This document shows, piece by piece, positions 24,582 to 27,418 of a stretch of DNA of 27,418 bases. This DNA comes from a virus (lineage: Duplodnaviria; Caudoviricetes), in IMG/VR virus record IMGVR_UViG_3300035680_000075, positions 1 to 27,418 of that record; one strand, 5' to 3'. A model generated the notes under the pieces. It saw only the letters and a list, made by a program, of their open reading frames with translations. It ran no database searches and was not told the origin of the DNA. Positions within the stretch are counted from its first letter, which is position 1, and every line of letters begins with the position of its first letter. The position numbers and the translations under genes are program-made.

Positions 24582-24779
24582 TTAGATGACTCCGTTTTCT
24601 TTGATATCTCGTCCAGCGTTGATCGCTGCATCTCCAGCATTCGTGTTGCCGTTGAGGATTGAGAAGCTATGGGAGACCGTGCTGGCTCCGTTGCCGTCTT
24701 CGTGCATTGCGTAGGCATCGATGCAGGTTTGGATTCCGTATTTGGCGACTGCTCTTTTGGTTGCTGATTTGATTTTCAT
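24582..24779 (-). CDS. First early gene, hypothetical protein
   Basis: 65 aa directly downstream of the leftward promoter, with an AACC-rich leader. Confidence 0.6.
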   Translation of the reverse strand: MKIKSATKRAVAKYGIQTCIDAYAMHEDGNGASTVSHSFSILNGNTNAGDAAINAGRDIKENGVI

Positions 24780-24824
24780 GTTGGTTGGTTCTGGTTCTTT
24801 CAGCCATGAGCGGCTGACGGATTC

Positions 24825-24852
24825 AATCTAAAGAATTCCTTCGGATTCTCAA
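24825..24852 (-). promoter_or_regulatory. Leftward early promoter
   Basis: Minus strand TTGAGA (24852-24847)-N16-TAGATT (24830-24825), followed by a 5' hairpin TCAGCC-N6-GGCTGA (24800-24817). Confidence 0.6.
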
Positions 24853-24959
24853 GAAAAAGTTTCAAGAAAATCAAGAATCCTTGTGTTTATGCGGCTTCCC
24901 GGGGCAAGATTTCTTGATAAATTCCCCAAGAATCATTGATCCGGCGCATCAATTCTTGA
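24849..24959. repeat. Array of (T)CAAGAA / TTCTTG(A) sites, candidate operators
   Basis: TCAAGAA at 24849, 24862, 24871; CAAGAttTCTTGA at 24905-24917; CCAAGAA at 24926; TTCTTGA at 24953. Confidence 0.6.
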
Positions 24960-24995
24960 TGATTTCCGCCGGGATTCCCCTGATTGCTGCCATAT

Positions 24996-25250
24996 GGGAA
25001 CGCTGGTAACAAGCCATGTTCCCGCGTAACTCATTGATCCTAAATCGATTAAGCGAAAGTTACGCTGGTAACGCTTTTCCGAGATATAGCCCTATATACC
25101 CATATAGAGATATATCCCTCTCTCTCTCTATATATATATAAATAAATATGTAATTATGTTATTATTATTATTATAGGGGCTGGATCCTTTATGGAATCAG
25201 GGAATTTTGCGGTAACGCTTTTCTGTTACCGATCCGTTCCGCAGTAACGT
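24996..25250. other. Putative replication origin (GTAAC/GTTAC iterons around an AT-rich core)
   Basis: GTAAC at 25006, 25026, 25068, 25212, 25244; GTTAC at 25059, 25225; (CT)n, (TA)n and (TTA)n tracts at about 25116-25175. Confidence 0.6.
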
Positions 25251-25251
25251 C

Positions 25252-25280
25252 TTGCCTGATCGTCAGATAATCGCCACATT
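25252..25280 (+). promoter_or_regulatory. Candidate rightward promoter
   Basis: TTGCCT-N17-CACATT, ending 9 nt before GTG 25290. Confidence 0.3.
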
Positions 25281-25289
25281 CTCATTGTC

Positions 25290-25472
25290 GTGGCACATAT
25301 ACGCCCAACCCCTTACGCATTACGGCTCATTGCAAAAGCCGATGTGGCGAATGTGTCACGATACTCCACTCCCCACAAGATCCGCCCGCTCAAGCCTAAA
25401 CCGATGCAATCAATCCCCGGCCTTGCATCATCTGCGTTCAACGCCATCCAAAAACTGACAGACAGAAAATAA
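25290..25472 (+). CDS. Small basic hypothetical protein
   Basis: 60 aa; its TAA overlaps the MuF ATG (TAATG); start uncertain. Confidence 0.4.
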   Translation: MAHIRPTPYALRLIAKADVANVSRYSTPHKIRPLKPKPMQSIPGLASSAFNAIQKLTDRK

Positions 25473-27124
25473 TGGAAACCTACCTTGATGGCCTGAAATA
25501 TCTTGTCCGGCGGAAAGTCTCCCCGGGATCCTTCAATTCTCAAGAATGGGCGGCAGTCGCTCCAGCTATCCGGCAACGCAGCTTCTTTAGCGCCACAATC
25601 AATTCTGCTCGGGTTCTCCATCGGATGCGCTCCATGTTGCTGGACTGGCAATCCGGGGCGACAGAATCAATCCTCACGCCATCTGGAGGGAATGAAATCG
25701 TTTTCAAGGAATCCGGCCTAGCCAAATTCCGAGAGAAAGCCGCTGCCCTGCTAATCAGCGAGGGACTTGCATCTCCAGCCGACTTCAAGAACGAATCAAT
25801 CCAGAATGTGATCAGCGCATCCCGGCTAAAGTTGATCTTCAATACGAATACCGCTCAAGCCCAAGATTTTGCCATCTATCAATCCCGGGTGACGGATCCG
25901 GCTAGGATCGATAGATTCCCAGCTGCCGAGTTTGTCCGCACTCCCGGAGCAAAGGTTCCTCGGACGCTCCATGTTGCCAACGAGGGTGCCGTCCGGCGCT
26001 TCGATGATGTCCAGTTCTGGCTTGAGCAGAATTCGCCAGACATCGGTGGCTTCGGTGTTCCTTGGGGACCTTGGGGATTTAATAGCTTCATGACCACATT
26101 CCCGGTATCTCGCAAGCGAGCCGAGGCGCTAGGGCTTGTGAAGCCCGGGGAGAAGGTCATGCCGCCCGATCTAACCCAATTTGGCGCAACGATCCCGACA
26201 AGATTTAACAAAGGCGTGACCGCTGATGTGGATGACATCACTCCGGAGATCCGGCAGCAAGCGATCAACACGATTACATCCCGGCTAGGCCCACAGGCGC
26301 TAACCGCAGATGGAAAGCTAACCCTTGAGGGGTTGAAGGCGCTTCGCAGCGGACAGATTCCGGCCCCGGCTCCGGTCCCGGTTCCCATCCCCGCTCCAGC
26401 TCCGGCTCCAGCTCCGGTTGCAGCACCGAAGAAAAGAGCAGCAAAGCCGAAAAAGAAGGAAGAGCTAAAGACCGGAGGAACCGAGCCGGGAGGGACGAAG
26501 GTATCCAGCAAGGTTTATAGAGGGGTTCAAAACAAACAGATGGATCCCACTTATGATAATATATTTAAAATAATTGATTCAATTCACGGTGACGGACCGC
26601 TGCCTACCGTTGAGCTTTCATTTGCTCCGTGGGCTGGAGGAACTGCTAATGGGGAATACAGTCTTTATGATACAAAGATAAATCTATTTAATGCTACTAG
26701 CGCACCTTTGACATTACCCCATGAGATGGGGCATTGGATGGATCATAAAGGATTTAAGGGATTGATTCCTGATACTGGATCATCGGGGGTTCTATCTATG
26801 GCATCCTATTCTAATTTGTTTGCAGATTTCAGAAAAGCCGCAAATCAATCTAGGAAGATAAAAGAAATCTATTCAAGCAATGGATTACAAGAAAAAAACA
26901 TTAAGTATTTTACATCTAATCACGAAATGTTTGCGCGGGCATATGCTCAATATATCGCCACCAAATCAGGTGATCCAAAGATGCTTGAGCAATTGAGAAA
27001 AAGGCAGGGTGTTCCCGTAAATGGGCAAAGATATCCTGACCAATGGGATGATGACGACTTCATTCCAGTCGGACAAGAGATAGAAAAATTATTTATTAAA
27101 GTAGGATGGATAAAAACCAAGTAA
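25472..27124 (+). CDS. MuF (minor head) protein fused to a zincin-like HExxH metallopeptidase
   Basis: N-terminal RSFFSAT and SRLKLIFNTN...H...G.VRR.DD..W...PWGFN are MuF-like; (PA)n/Lys linker; C-terminal HEMGH...HEMFARAYAQYI. Confidence 0.75.
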   Translation: METYLDGLKYLVRRKVSPGSFNSQEWAAVAPAIRQRSFFSATINSARVLHRMRSMLLDWQSGATESILTPSGGNEIVFKESGLAKFREKAAALLISEGLASPADFKNESIQNVISASRLKLIFNTNTAQAQDFAIYQSRVTDPARIDRFPAAEFVRTPGAKVPRTLHVANEGAVRRFDDVQFWLEQNSPDIGGFGVPWGPWGFNSFMTTFPVSRKRAEALGLVKPGEKVMPPDLTQFGATIPTRFNKGVTADVDDITPEIRQQAINTITSRLGPQALTADGKLTLEGLKALRSGQIPAPAPVPVPIPAPAPAPAPVAAPKKRAAKPKKKEELKTGGTEPGGTKVSSKVYRGVQNKQMDPTYDNIFKIIDSIHGDGPLPTVELSFAPWAGGTANGEYSLYDTKINLFNATSAPLTLPHEMGHWMDHKGFKGLIPDTGSSGVLSMASYSNLFADFRKAANQSRKIKEIYSSNGLQEKNIKYFTSNHEMFARAYAQYIATKSGDPKMLEQLRKRQGVPVNGQRYPDQWDDDDFIPVGQEIEKLFIKVGWIKTK

Positions 27125-27282
27125 TGATAGACAAGATAATCGATGATCTCGCATTGAATAAATACGATTCCATCGAAGATGCAATTGAGGATCTGATCTT
27201 TTATGGTCTGGATCCGCTCTCCGCTAGAACAGCAGCCCTTTCAATGGACTCAATCGATGTAGTTCCATATTCCACATTATAA
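27124..27282 (+). CDS. Acidic 52-aa protein, candidate immunity/inhibitor (absent from the ORF track)
   Basis: MIDKIIDDLALNKYDSIEDAIEDLIFYGLDPLSARTAALSMDSIDVVPYSTL*; TAATG overlap with the MuF stop; fills the gap to the next gene. Confidence 0.55.
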   Translation: MIDKIIDDLALNKYDSIEDAIEDLIFYGLDPLSARTAALSMDSIDVVPYSTL

Positions 27283-27287
27283 AAAGC

Positions 27288-27418
27288 ATGAAGCCAGCAT
27301 TCACCAAGGGGAACAGATATCTATTCGATCCGGCTACCTATGCTTGGAACATCCCTAGCGGATGGACCTGTCCGGCTGCGGATCAATGCTTGGCAAAAGC
27401 AGATAGGCAAACCGGAAA
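27288..27418 (+). CDS. 3'-truncated GP88-like Cys-rich protein
   Basis: MKPAFTKGN...AWNIPSGWTCPAADQC matches the GN...W/FxLPAGxTCPxA..C start of the GP88 family. Confidence 0.55.
   Translation, partial: MKPAFTKGNRYLFDPATYAWNIPSGWTCPAADQCLAKADRQTG

Noticed and set aside
24245-24600. CRISPR mini-array or tRNA genes
   Set aside because: Only two hairpins, separated by a whole gene; no cloverleaf, acceptor stem or regular spacers.
25879-26511. 210-aa antisense ORF with GAGAGA repeat
   Set aside because: Mirror of the MuF Pro-Ala linker; no independent evidence.
1-27418. Transposable (Mu-like) or integrated prophage lifestyle
   Set aside because: Head genes are Mu-like, but no transposase, integrase, repressor, att site or host flank is visible; replication is primase-helicase based. 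Lifestyle cannot be determined from this window.
1-27418. Stop-codon reassignment
   Set aside because: Genes are intact and densely packed under the standard bacterial code; TAA, TGA and TAG all terminate genes.

Overview
About 27.4 kb of a tailed dsDNA phage (Caudoviricetes, siphovirus-like) with no host genes visible. The + strand (1-15851) holds the morphogenesis/lysis arm: a partial Mu gpG-like morphogenesis gene, a Mu gpI-like protease-scaffold, an epsilon15/BPP-1-type major capsid with a Bbp16-like cement protein, neck genes, tail tube, a short tape measure, tail-tip genes, a modular collagen-containing fibre with chaperone, two small membrane proteins (one missed by the ORF track), an M15 endolysin and a metallophosphoesterase cassette. 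The - strand (15939-24779) is an early/replication operon: primase-helicase, putative SSB, VRR-NUC nuclease, SF2 helicase, exonuclease VIII-like protein and many small ORFs. A non-coding control region (24780-25290) carries divergent promoters, a CAAGAA repeat array and an origin-like GTAAC/AT-rich element. It is followed by a MuF protein fused to an HExxH metallopeptidase, a tightly coupled acidic 52-aa ORF (candidate toxin-immunity pair) and the start of a GP88-like gene. Most notable: the MuF-peptidase/immunity candidate; repeated T-loop-like hairpins with covarying stems plus AACC-rich leaders between the first early genes; strong GTAC/CCWGG avoidance with CCGG/GATC excess, which exposes recently swapped modules; and nested domain insertions in tail proteins. 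All family calls come from motif recognition by eye; no searches were run.
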